From the NCBI GenBank assembly GCA_044507815.1, contig JBIQIX010000001.1, forward strand, positions 40,676 through 104,675: DNA of 64,000 nucleotides, written 5' to 3'. Each line of letters starts with the position of its first letter. Positions within the stretch are counted from its first letter, which is position 1. The position numbers and the translations under genes were made by a program. The notes beneath the pieces are model-generated. The model was not told where the DNA came from. It worked only from the letters and a program-made list of their open reading frames with translations, and did no database searches. Source of the stretch: Flavobacteriales bacterium. Its GTDB lineage: Bacteria > Bacteroidota > Bacteroidia > Flavobacteriales_F > PHOS-HE28. Shown here one piece after another: positions 18,742 through 27,048 of the stretch.

Positions 18742-19737
18742 GCCCGGCTGCGCGTCGCCTGCGGTCCGCGCCCAATCCGCGATCTGCGCGGTATCCTGCC
18801 ATTCCATGCAATGGAAATGCCCCAGCGGGCAACGGTCGAACCCGATCTTCGAGCACGGCCTGCAATCCAGGCCCGTTACCTCGCTGATGCGAGCCCGATC
18901 AGGGTGCTGCGGCATGTACGGCCCCATGCCAAATGCCGGCACGGTATTGCCCCAAACGCTTACCACGGGCCTGCCGAACGCACACGCCATGTGCATGGCG
19001 CCGCTGTCATGCGCCACCACGCTGCGCGCCTGGCGGATCAACGAGGCGGACGATAACAGGTCGAATTTCCCCGTTGCATCGTAAGCGCGGCCGCCAACGG
19101 CCGTGCAGATCGCCGCAGCGGCCTCTTGGTCCTCACGTGCGCCCACGATCAGCACGGGCCCCACGAGCTGGCGGGCAAGATCAATCATTTTATGCACCGG
19201 CAAACGCTTGGTCATGTGCCCGGCGCCGATGCAGAACGCCGTGTAGCCCTGCCTGAAATGTGCGGGCAGTTGTTCCGGTCCCACCTCCTTCCCCGGTGGA
19301 ATGAACAGGTCCAGCCCCAACCCATCATTGGTTACGCCCAAATGCGCCACCGTTTCCAGGTAGCGGTCCACGATATGGATGCGGGGAAGGCGGTCCATCT
19401 TCAGGTTGACCAACAACCATTTTTCGCGATTCAGCTTGGCAAAGCTGCGTGACCGCACCCCAAGGGCCGTTTTCACCCGCAGTGTGCGTGCGTTATGGTG
19501 AAGGTCGATCACCAGGTCGAAATGCTCTTTCCTCAACACACGTATTACGGGGCCCAGCCGCTCGTGCAGCTCATGCACTTGGTCCACGTATGGTGAATGG
19601 GCCACCAACGGGGCATAGGCGGCCTTGGTGAGGAAATGGACCTCGCAATCGGGCCGCTGTTTTTTCAGGCAGCGCAGCACCGGGGAAGTGAGCACGATAT
19701 CCCCGATGGAACTGAATCGGATCACCAGCACCTTCAT
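18721..19737 (-). CDS. Glycosyltransferase family 9 (heptosyltransferase-like)
   Basis: MKVLVIRFSSIGDIVLT, DLHHN, HDSGAMHMACAF, CRPCSKIG..CP. Confidence 0.92.
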   Translation of the reverse strand: MKVLVIRFSSIGDIVLTSPVLRCLKKQRPDCEVHFLTKAAYAPLVAHSPYVDQVHELHERLGPVIRVLRKEHFDLVIDLHHNARTLRVKTALGVRSRSFAKLNREKWLLVNLKMDRLPRIHIVDRYLETVAHLGVTNDGLGLDLFIPPGKEVGPEQLPAHFRQGYTAFCIGAGHMTKRLPVHKMIDLARQLVGPVLIVGAREDQEAAAAICTAVGGRAYDATGKFDLLSSASLIRQARSVVAHDSGAMHMACAFGRPVVSVWGNTVPAFGMGPYMPQHPDRARISEVTGLDCRPCSKIGFDRCPLGHFHCMEWQDTAQIADWARTAGDAQPGSGEDRS

Positions 19738-19842
19738 GGAAGGGCGGCGAAGGTAACGTGCCTGTATGCCCGCCTGTGCCAAGGTTGCGCGACCTTGTCG
19801 CGAAAAGCCGACTTTTGCATGGACCCTGAACAGGGCATCATC

Positions 19843-20610
19843 ATGTATATCGACACTCACGCTCATCTTTACCACAAGCAATTCGACCAGGACCGCACTG
19901 AAATGGTGCGCCGAGCGCTGGATGCCGGTGTCGGGAAGTTTTTCCTGCCCAACATCGATATCACCAGCGTGGAGGCATTGCATGCCATGTGCGAGCAGTT
20001 CCCCGAGGTCTGTTTTCCCATGATGGGGCTGCATCCCACCTCGGTGGGCGAGGATCCCTCGCGTGACCTGGCGGAGGTGGAACGACTGCTGGGCACGGGC
20101 CGCTATTGGGCGGTGGGCGAGATCGGCATCGACCTGCACTGGGACCGCACTTGGATCGAACAGCAGAAGCATGCATTCCGGCAACAGGTGCGCTGGGCCA
20201 AGGAATTTGCGCTCCCCATGGTCATCCATTGCCGCGAAAGCTTCGAAGAGGTCATGGCCATTGTGGAGGAGGAGAATGATGAGCACCTTGCCGGGGTGTT
20301 CCATTGCTTCTCCGGCACGGAGGATGATGCACGACGGATCATTGACCTGGGCGGTTTCATGCTGGGCATCGGCGGGGTGATCACTTACCCGAAAAGCGGG
20401 CTGGCCGAAACCATGGCCCGGATCGGCGCGGCCCATTGCGTGCTGGAGACGGACTCGCCTTATTTGGCGCCGGTGCCGTTCAGGGGCAAGCGTAATGAGA
20501 GTGCTTATATCCCTTACATCGCCGAAGCCTTGGCCGTGGCCGTGGGCCTTCCGCTGGATGAGGTGGAGCGCATTACCACCGAAAACGCTGAAAGGCTATT
20601 TGAGGAATGA
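19843..20610 (+). CDS. tatD: TatD family hydrolase
   Basis: IDTHAH, GLHP, VGEIGID, IHCR, FHCF, ETDSPYLAP. Confidence 0.93.
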   Translation: MYIDTHAHLYHKQFDQDRTEMVRRALDAGVGKFFLPNIDITSVEALHAMCEQFPEVCFPMMGLHPTSVGEDPSRDLAEVERLLGTGRYWAVGEIGIDLHWDRTWIEQQKHAFRQQVRWAKEFALPMVIHCRESFEEVMAIVEEENDEHLAGVFHCFSGTEDDARRIIDLGGFMLGIGGVITYPKSGLAETMARIGAAHCVLETDSPYLAPVPFRGKRNESAYIPYIAEALAVAVGLPLDEVERITTENAERLFEE

Positions 20611-21635
20611 GCACGCCAATAGTGCTATTGATCTATACGGGAGGAACGATCGGCATGGTGGCCGATGCGCGCAGCGGGGCCTTGCAGGCCATGGACCTCG
20701 ACCACCTGGAGGAGCAAGTGCCCGAACTAGCGCGGATCGGCGTCCGCTTGGAGACCGTGAATTTCGGGGTGCCGATCGATAGCAGCGATATGCAGCCGGC
20801 GCATTGGCTGCGCATTGCGGAGATCATTGCATCCAATTACGATGCATACGCAGGTTTCGTGGTGCTGCATGGCAGCGATACCATGGCCTATACCGCAAGT
20901 GCGCTCAGCTTTTTGCTCGAAGGGCTGGCCAAGCCGGTGATCCTTACCGGGAGCCAATTGCCGCTGGGCGCCATTCGTACCGATGGCAAGGAAAACTTGT
21001 TGACCGCCATCGAGATCGCGGCTGCCAGCCGGGCGGGCAGGCCCATCGTAAGCGAGGTGGCGGTGTATTTTGAATACAGCCTGTACCGGGGCAACCGCAC
21101 CGTGAAGGTGCATGCCGAGCGGTTCGAGGCATTCCGCTCGCCCAATTGGCCGGTATTGGCCGAGGCCGGGGTACATATCCGGTACGACCACGCAGCGTTG
21201 CTGCCCGCCCGCACGGGGCCGCTGCAACTGCACCGGGCCATGGACAACGGTGTCGGCGTGATCAGGCTTTTCCCGGGCATACGGGCCGAATGGATGGCCG
21301 CCATGCTCAACGACCCCGGCCTGAAGGCGGCCGTGCTTACCACCTTCGGAAGCGGCAATGGCCCCACCGGGCCGGCCTTCCTCAGCCAGTTGCAGGCTGC
21401 GCGCGACAAGGGCGTGGTGTTGGTGAATGTGACCCAGTGCATGGGTGGAAGGGTGGAGCAGGGAAGGTACAAGACCAGCGAGGCCCTGGAGGAAATGGGC
21501 GTGGTCAGTGGATTGGACCTGACCACCGAAGCGGCCATTACAAAGTTGATGTTCCTGCTGGGGCTGGGACATGGCCCTGAGGAAACTGCGCGGCTCATGC
21601 CCATCCCCATATGCGGCGAGCTTGGCAAAGCATAG
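20607..21635 (+). CDS. ansA: Type I L-asparaginase
   Basis: IYTGGTIGM, DSSDM, HGSDTMAYTAS, TGSQ, RGNR. Confidence 0.93.
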   Translation: MSTPIVLLIYTGGTIGMVADARSGALQAMDLDHLEEQVPELARIGVRLETVNFGVPIDSSDMQPAHWLRIAEIIASNYDAYAGFVVLHGSDTMAYTASALSFLLEGLAKPVILTGSQLPLGAIRTDGKENLLTAIEIAAASRAGRPIVSEVAVYFEYSLYRGNRTVKVHAERFEAFRSPNWPVLAEAGVHIRYDHAALLPARTGPLQLHRAMDNGVGVIRLFPGIRAEWMAAMLNDPGLKAAVLTTFGSGNGPTGPAFLSQLQAARDKGVVLVNVTQCMGGRVEQGRYKTSEALEEMGVVSGLDLTTEAAITKLMFLLGLGHGPEETARLMPIPICGELGKA

Positions 21636-21718
21636 TTCACCGCGCATTGCGCGGAAAATGACACACATCATATTGCCTTGCCGTTGAATGGCATAGGTTC
21701 CGGGCCAAATCAACCCCG

Positions 21719-23386
21719 ATGGAACCGCTCCGGCCCTTCCTTCCTGCCCTTGCCTTTTGCAGCGCCGCTTTGCTGCACGGCCAAAACCCGCTGGCCATTC
21801 CACCGCTGCTGGAGCTGGATACGTTCGATCTTACGGTGGCGCCATCCTCCGTGGAGTTCTATCCGGGCAAGGTCACGGCCACATACGGCATCAATGCCCC
21901 CTATTTGGGTCCCACGTTGGTTTTGAACCGGTGGGACACGGCCCATTTCAGGGTGCATAACCAGTTGAGCGAGATCACCACCATGCACTGGAACGGCATG
22001 GAGGTGCCGCCCGAATTCGACGGTAGCCCACCGCGCGAGATCCAGCCGGGGGCGACCTGGGATGTGAAATTCCAAGTGGTGGATAAGGCAAGCGTGTACG
22101 TTTACCATCCCCATACCATGAACCTCATCGGCCAACAGGTCGGAAAGGGTGCAGCTGGCCTGATCATTGTGCGGGACGCGGAAGAGGGCCAACTGCCGCT
22201 GCCTCGCAGGTATGGCGTGGATGATTTTCCGATCGTGGTGCAGGACAAGCGGTTTTCACCATCTGGACAGTTCATCTTCGGTGGCTATGGCGATTCGATC
22301 CTGGTGAACGGAACGCCCAGGCCCTTCCTTGATTTGCCGGCCCAAGTGGTGCGCCTTCGTTTGGCCAATGCCAGCGTGGCCAGGTATTACATGTTCGGCT
22401 TCCAGGAAGGAACGCCTTTCCAAGTGATCGCCAGCGAAGGCGGATTGCTGACCGCGCCAGAGGCAATGACGCGCATCATGCTTTCCAGCGGTGAACGCGC
22501 TGAGGTGCTGCTGGATCTAACGGGCATGGAAGGCGACAGCTTGATGCTGATGAGCTTCGGCAGCGAGCTGCCCTCAACCGTGCCCGGGGCTGCAAATCCG
22601 CTCTGGGAGCACAGCCATTTGAACGGGATCGATTTCCAGGTGCTTCGGTTGCGGGTAGGGCCTGCAACGCAGGAACCGGTCACCGCGGTACCCGCAGTAA
22701 TGGTTCCCGATCAGCCGTATCCGGAAAGCACCGCGGCACGCACCCGCAGGAAGGAGATCACCGGCATGGGCATGGTCGGTGGCATGGGCGCGTTCCAGCT
22801 GAACGGGCAGGGCTGGAACATGCACGTGGTGAATGACACCATCACGTTGGGCGATACCGAGGTCTGGACCTACATCAACAACAGCAACATGGCCCATCCC
22901 ATGACCATGCATGGCGGTTCGTTCTACATCCTGGACCGGAACGGGCTCCCGGCAGAACCCTGGGAACGCGGGCCGAAATCGGTGGTGCACGTGGGTGTGG
23001 GCGATTCAGTGCGCGTGATCATGCGCTTTGCGCGCTACGCCACCGACGGATGGCCCTTGATGTACCATTGCCACAACCTCGGGCACATCAACCACATGAT
23101 GTGGCAATTCATCGTGGTTGATCCCCATACGGCTGTTGCGGACGACAGGGTAGACGGCATTTCCCGTTTGTTCCCGGTTCCTGCGGGAGATGTTGTGTTT
23201 TACGATGCCCAATTCCCGGTGCTGCACGTGGCCGTGGCCGATATGCTGGGGCGCGAGGTGCTTTCCGCAAAGGGCCATGGTACCACTGCAGGGCATATCC
23301 AACTCGGTGCCTTGCTACCAGGAACGTACACGGTGCGCCTGTTTGGTGCAGGGCGGCGGTCCGCGGCCAAAATGCTGAAGGAATAG
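21719..23386 (+). CDS. Three-domain multicopper oxidase homologue with T9SS type A C-terminal domain; degenerate T2/T3 site
   Basis: Signal peptide; HWNG, YHPH, HPMTMHG, HCHNLGH....M motifs; CTD LFPVPA..DMLGREV..LLPGTYTVRL..KMLKE. Confidence 0.85.
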   Translation: MEPLRPFLPALAFCSAALLHGQNPLAIPPLLELDTFDLTVAPSSVEFYPGKVTATYGINAPYLGPTLVLNRWDTAHFRVHNQLSEITTMHWNGMEVPPEFDGSPPREIQPGATWDVKFQVVDKASVYVYHPHTMNLIGQQVGKGAAGLIIVRDAEEGQLPLPRRYGVDDFPIVVQDKRFSPSGQFIFGGYGDSILVNGTPRPFLDLPAQVVRLRLANASVARYYMFGFQEGTPFQVIASEGGLLTAPEAMTRIMLSSGERAEVLLDLTGMEGDSLMLMSFGSELPSTVPGAANPLWEHSHLNGIDFQVLRLRVGPATQEPVTAVPAVMVPDQPYPESTAARTRRKEITGMGMVGGMGAFQLNGQGWNMHVVNDTITLGDTEVWTYINNSNMAHPMTMHGGSFYILDRNGLPAEPWERGPKSVVHVGVGDSVRVIMRFARYATDGWPLMYHCHNLGHINHMMWQFIVVDPHTAVADDRVDGISRLFPVPAGDVVFYDAQFPVLHVAVADMLGREVLSAKGHGTTAGHIQLGALLPGTYTVRLFGAGRRSAAKMLKE

Positions 23387-23414
23387 CGCAATTGGGGGCA
23401 TCCGTCCATGGCCT

Positions 23415-23422
23415 TAACTTTG
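23415..23422 (+). promoter_or_regulatory. Bacteroidota -7 box (TAACTTTG) upstream of the ALDH-like gene
   Basis: Exact TAnnTTTG match ending 17 nt before the ATG. Confidence 0.55.
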
Positions 23423-23439
23423 GCTACCAAGCAAGGTTC

Positions 23440-24414
23440 ATGAGCAAGGACACTACCCGGGCACCGCGCAAGCAGGCCGTGATCAACGGCAATGGCCAGA
23501 ACAATGAGATGAAGGTGGACGGCAAACCAGCCACGCGGTTACCCGTTCTGAAGACATACAAGCTGTATATCGGCGGCCAATTCCCCCGTACAGAAAGCGG
23601 GCGTTATTACCAACCGGCCGATGCCCGGGGCGTAGCCTTGGCCAATGTGTGCCGCGGCAGCCGCAAGGACGTGCGCGACGCCGTGGCCGTGGCGCGCAAG
23701 GCATTCGGCGGCTGGTCGGCCCGGTCGGCCTACAACCGTGGCCAGATCCTCTACCGCATTGGCGAGGTGCTTGAAGGCAGAAGTGACCAGTTCATCGATG
23801 AGCTTGCCCTGCATGGCATGTCCATGGAACGTGCACGCACGGAAGTGGCCACCTCTGTGGACCGTTGCATACACTACGCCGGTTGGTGCGATAAGTACCA
23901 GGCCCTGTTCAGCAGCGTGAACCCCATCAGCTCCAGCCATTTCAACTTCAGCGTGCAGGAGCCGTCCGGCGTGGTGGCGCTGATGGCCGATGGCGCGAAC
24001 CCGTTGTCAGGGCTTATCGGCATGATCGCGCCGGCCATAGCTGGCGGAAATACTTGTGTGGTGGTGGCCAGCGAGGCCATGCCCCTCCCTTCCATCACTT
24101 TGTCCGAAGTGCTCGCCACCAGTGACCTGCCGGGCGGGGTGGTGAACATCATCACGGGTTTCCGCAATGAGCTGTTGAAGCCGCTTGTGTCGCATATGGA
24201 TGTGAACGCTTTGGTGGTGGCCGGGGCTACGCCCGAGGAGCGGGCCATGCTCGACCTGGAGGCGGCCAGCAACCTGAAGCGTGTCATCTACCGCACGATT
24301 GACGATTGGAGCAGTGCGGATGGGCAGTCGCCTTATTTCATCCTCGATACGCAAGAGGTGAAGACCACTTGGCACCCCATCGAGAAAGGCCAGGGCGGCG
24401 CAGGCGGCTATTGA
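23440..24414 (+). CDS. Short aldehyde dehydrogenase-family protein (NAD-binding domain, no catalytic domain)
   Basis: KTYKLYIGGQFPRTESGRY, EPSGVV, DLPGGVVNIITG; no ELGGK/Cys region; 324 aa. Confidence 0.85.
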   Translation: MSKDTTRAPRKQAVINGNGQNNEMKVDGKPATRLPVLKTYKLYIGGQFPRTESGRYYQPADARGVALANVCRGSRKDVRDAVAVARKAFGGWSARSAYNRGQILYRIGEVLEGRSDQFIDELALHGMSMERARTEVATSVDRCIHYAGWCDKYQALFSSVNPISSSHFNFSVQEPSGVVALMADGANPLSGLIGMIAPAIAGGNTCVVVASEAMPLPSITLSEVLATSDLPGGVVNIITGFRNELLKPLVSHMDVNALVVAGATPEERAMLDLEAASNLKRVIYRTIDDWSSADGQSPYFILDTQEVKTTWHPIEKGQGGAGGY

Positions 24415-24439
24415 GCGCACGTGCCGCTTCCGTTTCGGA

Positions 24440-25450
24440 TCAGAACTTGGCGCAGGGCACCACGCGCCGGCGCGCCATGGATTTTTTCTTGCGCTTGTCC
24501 GCGAACTCGAGGATGGTGGTCACTTCATGCGCACCGCCACTGTTCATGGCAAGCCGCGAAATGGTGATGTCGTAGCTGTACCCGAACCGCCAATCACCTA
24601 CCTTGAAACCAGCCAGCACGGCAATGGCGTCGTTGTTCTGGTATTCTGGCTGGTACGACTTCAGCGGCAGCCCGCGGTACCAAAGGCCCGCAAATACCGG
24701 ATCGCGCTCGAAGTAGGCACCGATGTCCAGCTGGTCGAATTTGCCTTGGGCGCGGTAGTTGAAGGCAGCCACAATGGATTGGGCCTCCTTGCGCACCATG
24801 CCGCCTGACCCCACCTTCATCCGGTAACCGCCATGCAGGTTGAATTGCGGGGGCAACTTCGCTTCTCCCAGCAGCAGCGATTGGTTCGGTTGGTTCAAAT
24901 GTTGCACGGCCAGCCCCAGCCATAGCTTCGGCGTAAAGAACAACAATCCGGTGCCCAGGTCAGAATAGCCGGTCTTGCGGCCATCGTAGTATTCATAAGT
25001 GGCCACTTCGCCCCCGCGGACCAGCTGGTCGTTGAAGATCAGCTTGGAGTAGTCCACCGTGCGGTTTGCGTAGCCGAATTGGAGCGCAGGGCGCAGGTAC
25101 ACCTTGTGCTTCAAGCGGATCTCATAAGCGTATTGCAAGGCCACACTGGTGGAGCGCAGGGCGCCGCTGCCTGCCTGGTCGCGCATGGCGATGATGCCGA
25201 TGCCACTGTTCAAGTTGCCCAAGTACTGGTCTGCGGCCAGTGCATAGCTCACGAATGCGCCCGGTATCGAGGGCCACTGGTCGCGGAATTGCAGGGCAAA
25301 CCGGTTTTGCACCGTGGTGCCGGCAAAGGCCGGGCTTAAATACGTGGGTGCCGCGTAGAACTGCGTGAAATGAGGGTCTTGCGCGATGGCGCGCAACGCA
25401 CAACCGCACAGCAGGGCCAGCAATATGGCGCTACGTGGCCTCATGTTCAA
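24440..25450 (-). CDS. T9SS PorP/SprF family outer-membrane protein
   Basis: AQDPHFTQFYAAPTYLSPAFAG, RDQWP, GYSYDITIS.L...GGAHE, C-terminal PCAKF. Confidence 0.93.
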   Translation of the reverse strand: MNMRPRSAILLALLCGCALRAIAQDPHFTQFYAAPTYLSPAFAGTTVQNRFALQFRDQWPSIPGAFVSYALAADQYLGNLNSGIGIIAMRDQAGSGALRSTSVALQYAYEIRLKHKVYLRPALQFGYANRTVDYSKLIFNDQLVRGGEVATYEYYDGRKTGYSDLGTGLLFFTPKLWLGLAVQHLNQPNQSLLLGEAKLPPQFNLHGGYRMKVGSGGMVRKEAQSIVAAFNYRAQGKFDQLDIGAYFERDPVFAGLWYRGLPLKSYQPEYQNNDAIAVLAGFKVGDWRFGYSYDITISRLAMNSGGAHEVTTILEFADKRKKKSMARRRVVPCAKF

Positions 25451-27048
25451 TGCTGGGGCAGGGCACCAGCGGTGTTTCCTCCTGAAGTGAGTTTTACGTC
25501 AAGCATCATCATGTCGATCAGGTCCTCGTCCATAGGCAGGAACTCGTGCTCCCACGTGGTGTAACCGGCCGCGCTTACCTCCATGTGGTACGGCTGCCCG
25601 GGGCGGACGGCCATGATGTAGCGGCCTGTGCGGCCATTGGTGTTGTATACGCCGAACACTTCCTCGGTACGGGTATTGGTTACCACGATGCGGGCCTTCA
25701 ACGGCTCTTCGTTACCATCGGTCACCACGCCCTGCACGAGCTGGAATTCGACCTGGCTTGTGGGGAAAACCACTTCGTAGATGTCCTGCCCGCCCAGTCC
25801 GCCGGCCCGTTCGGAGCTGAAGTAGCCCGTGCGGCCGTCCTCGCTCAGGGTGAAGTAGATGTCGTCGTTCACGGTGTTCAGCGGATAGCCCAGGTTTACC
25901 GGCTTTTCCCAAACGTTCATGTCGGGGTCGAGCAGGCCGGCCTTGAAGATGTCGAACCCACCCATGGTGTTGTGCCCGTTGCTGCTGAAAAAGAGCGTGG
26001 TTCCATCACTGTGCATGAAGGGCGCGTCCTCATCGTATGGCGTATTGATCTCCGGCCCCAGGTTCAATGGTTCACTCCATTGGCCGTTTGGCAACCTGCG
26101 TATGCGGTACAGGTCGCGGCCACCATATCCGCCGGGCCGGTCACTGGTGAAGTAGATCTCGCTGCCATCGGGTGAAATGGCGGCGCTGGGCTCGTGGTAG
26201 TTGCTGTTGATCTTGTCGGTCAGCCGCTCGGGCTCGGTCCACGCTCCTTGTTGGCGCCGTGTGCCCAGCAGCTCACCGTTTGGCTTGGTCTCGCTGGCGC
26301 GGTAAATGATCATTTCGTTCCCGTCGGGGCTCAGGCCCACGGTGGCATCCTGCATGATCGTATTCACCGGGGCCTGCACGTTCAGCGCCCGGCTCCAGGT
26401 CCCGTCGGTCCGCGTGATCCAGAATATGTCCTCGTAGGGTTGTCCGCTCTCGTCCTTCAATCCGCCCATGGTGCCGGGCCTGCGGCTGGTGAAATACATG
26501 GTGTTGCCGTCCGCGGTCACCACAGGGCAATAGTCGTGTGCGCTGGAATTCACCAAGGAGCCCAGGTTGCGGATGCGTAGCGGCACGGGTTCGGCCATCA
26601 TTGACCGGGCGCTACGGGCCATGGCCAGCTGCCGTTCCACCTCTGCTTTGGGTACTTCCCGGCGGCCCTGGTTCTGGTATTGCTCCAACAAGGTTATTTC
26701 CTCCGCGAAACGTTCCTGCCGGTGGCGCGCCAGGGCCAGCTGGTACATGGCCTCAACATGGCCGTTGCGCACGGCAACTTCAAACCGCCCCGGTGCCTGG
26801 CTGCGCTTGTCGGGCATGTTGGCCTCGCACATGCCCATGCCGAAATACGTTTCAGCGAATGAGGTGTCCACATTCACCAAGCGCTTGTAAATGCGGTAGG
26901 CATCGCTCCATTGCCCGGCCTCCATCAACATGCGCGCCTCATCGAGCATGTTGTATTGGGCCCGGTTGTAGCCGCGTTGTGCATGGGCTTGTTGGCCGAG
27001 CAGCAAGGCGGCCATGGCTGACAGGAAGAGCTGGCATGTTTTCCTCAT
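25447..27048 (-). CDS. TPR + PD40 propeller + carboxypeptidase-regulatory-like protein (PorE-like, no OmpA domain)
   Basis: N-terminal TPRs; PD40 repeats (YFTSRRPG, YFTSDRPGGYGGRDLY, FFSSNGHNTMGGFDIF, YFSSERAGGLGGQDIY); final beta-sandwich. Confidence 0.85.
   Translation of the reverse strand: MRKTCQLFLSAMAALLLGQQAHAQRGYNRAQYNMLDEARMLMEAGQWSDAYRIYKRLVNVDTSFAETYFGMGMCEANMPDKRSQAPGRFEVAVRNGHVEAMYQLALARHRQERFAEEITLLEQYQNQGRREVPKAEVERQLAMARSARSMMAEPVPLRIRNLGSLVNSSAHDYCPVVTADGNTMYFTSRRPGTMGGLKDESGQPYEDIFWITRTDGTWSRALNVQAPVNTIMQDATVGLSPDGNEMIIYRASETKPNGELLGTRRQQGAWTEPERLTDKINSNYHEPSAAISPDGSEIYFTSDRPGGYGGRDLYRIRRLPNGQWSEPLNLGPEINTPYDEDAPFMHSDGTTLFFSSNGHNTMGGFDIFKAGLLDPDMNVWEKPVNLGYPLNTVNDDIYFTLSEDGRTGYFSSERAGGLGGQDIYEVVFPTSQVEFQLVQGVVTDGNEEPLKARIVVTNTRTEEVFGVYNTNGRTGRYIMAVRPGQPYHMEVSAAGYTTWEHEFLPMDEDLIDMMMLDVKLTSGGNTAGALPQH

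Noticed and set aside
19597-20436. 571-aa GT9 ORF suggesting a fusion
   Set aside because: The extension is antisense to tatD; the GT9 family start MKVLVIRFSSIGD is at 19737
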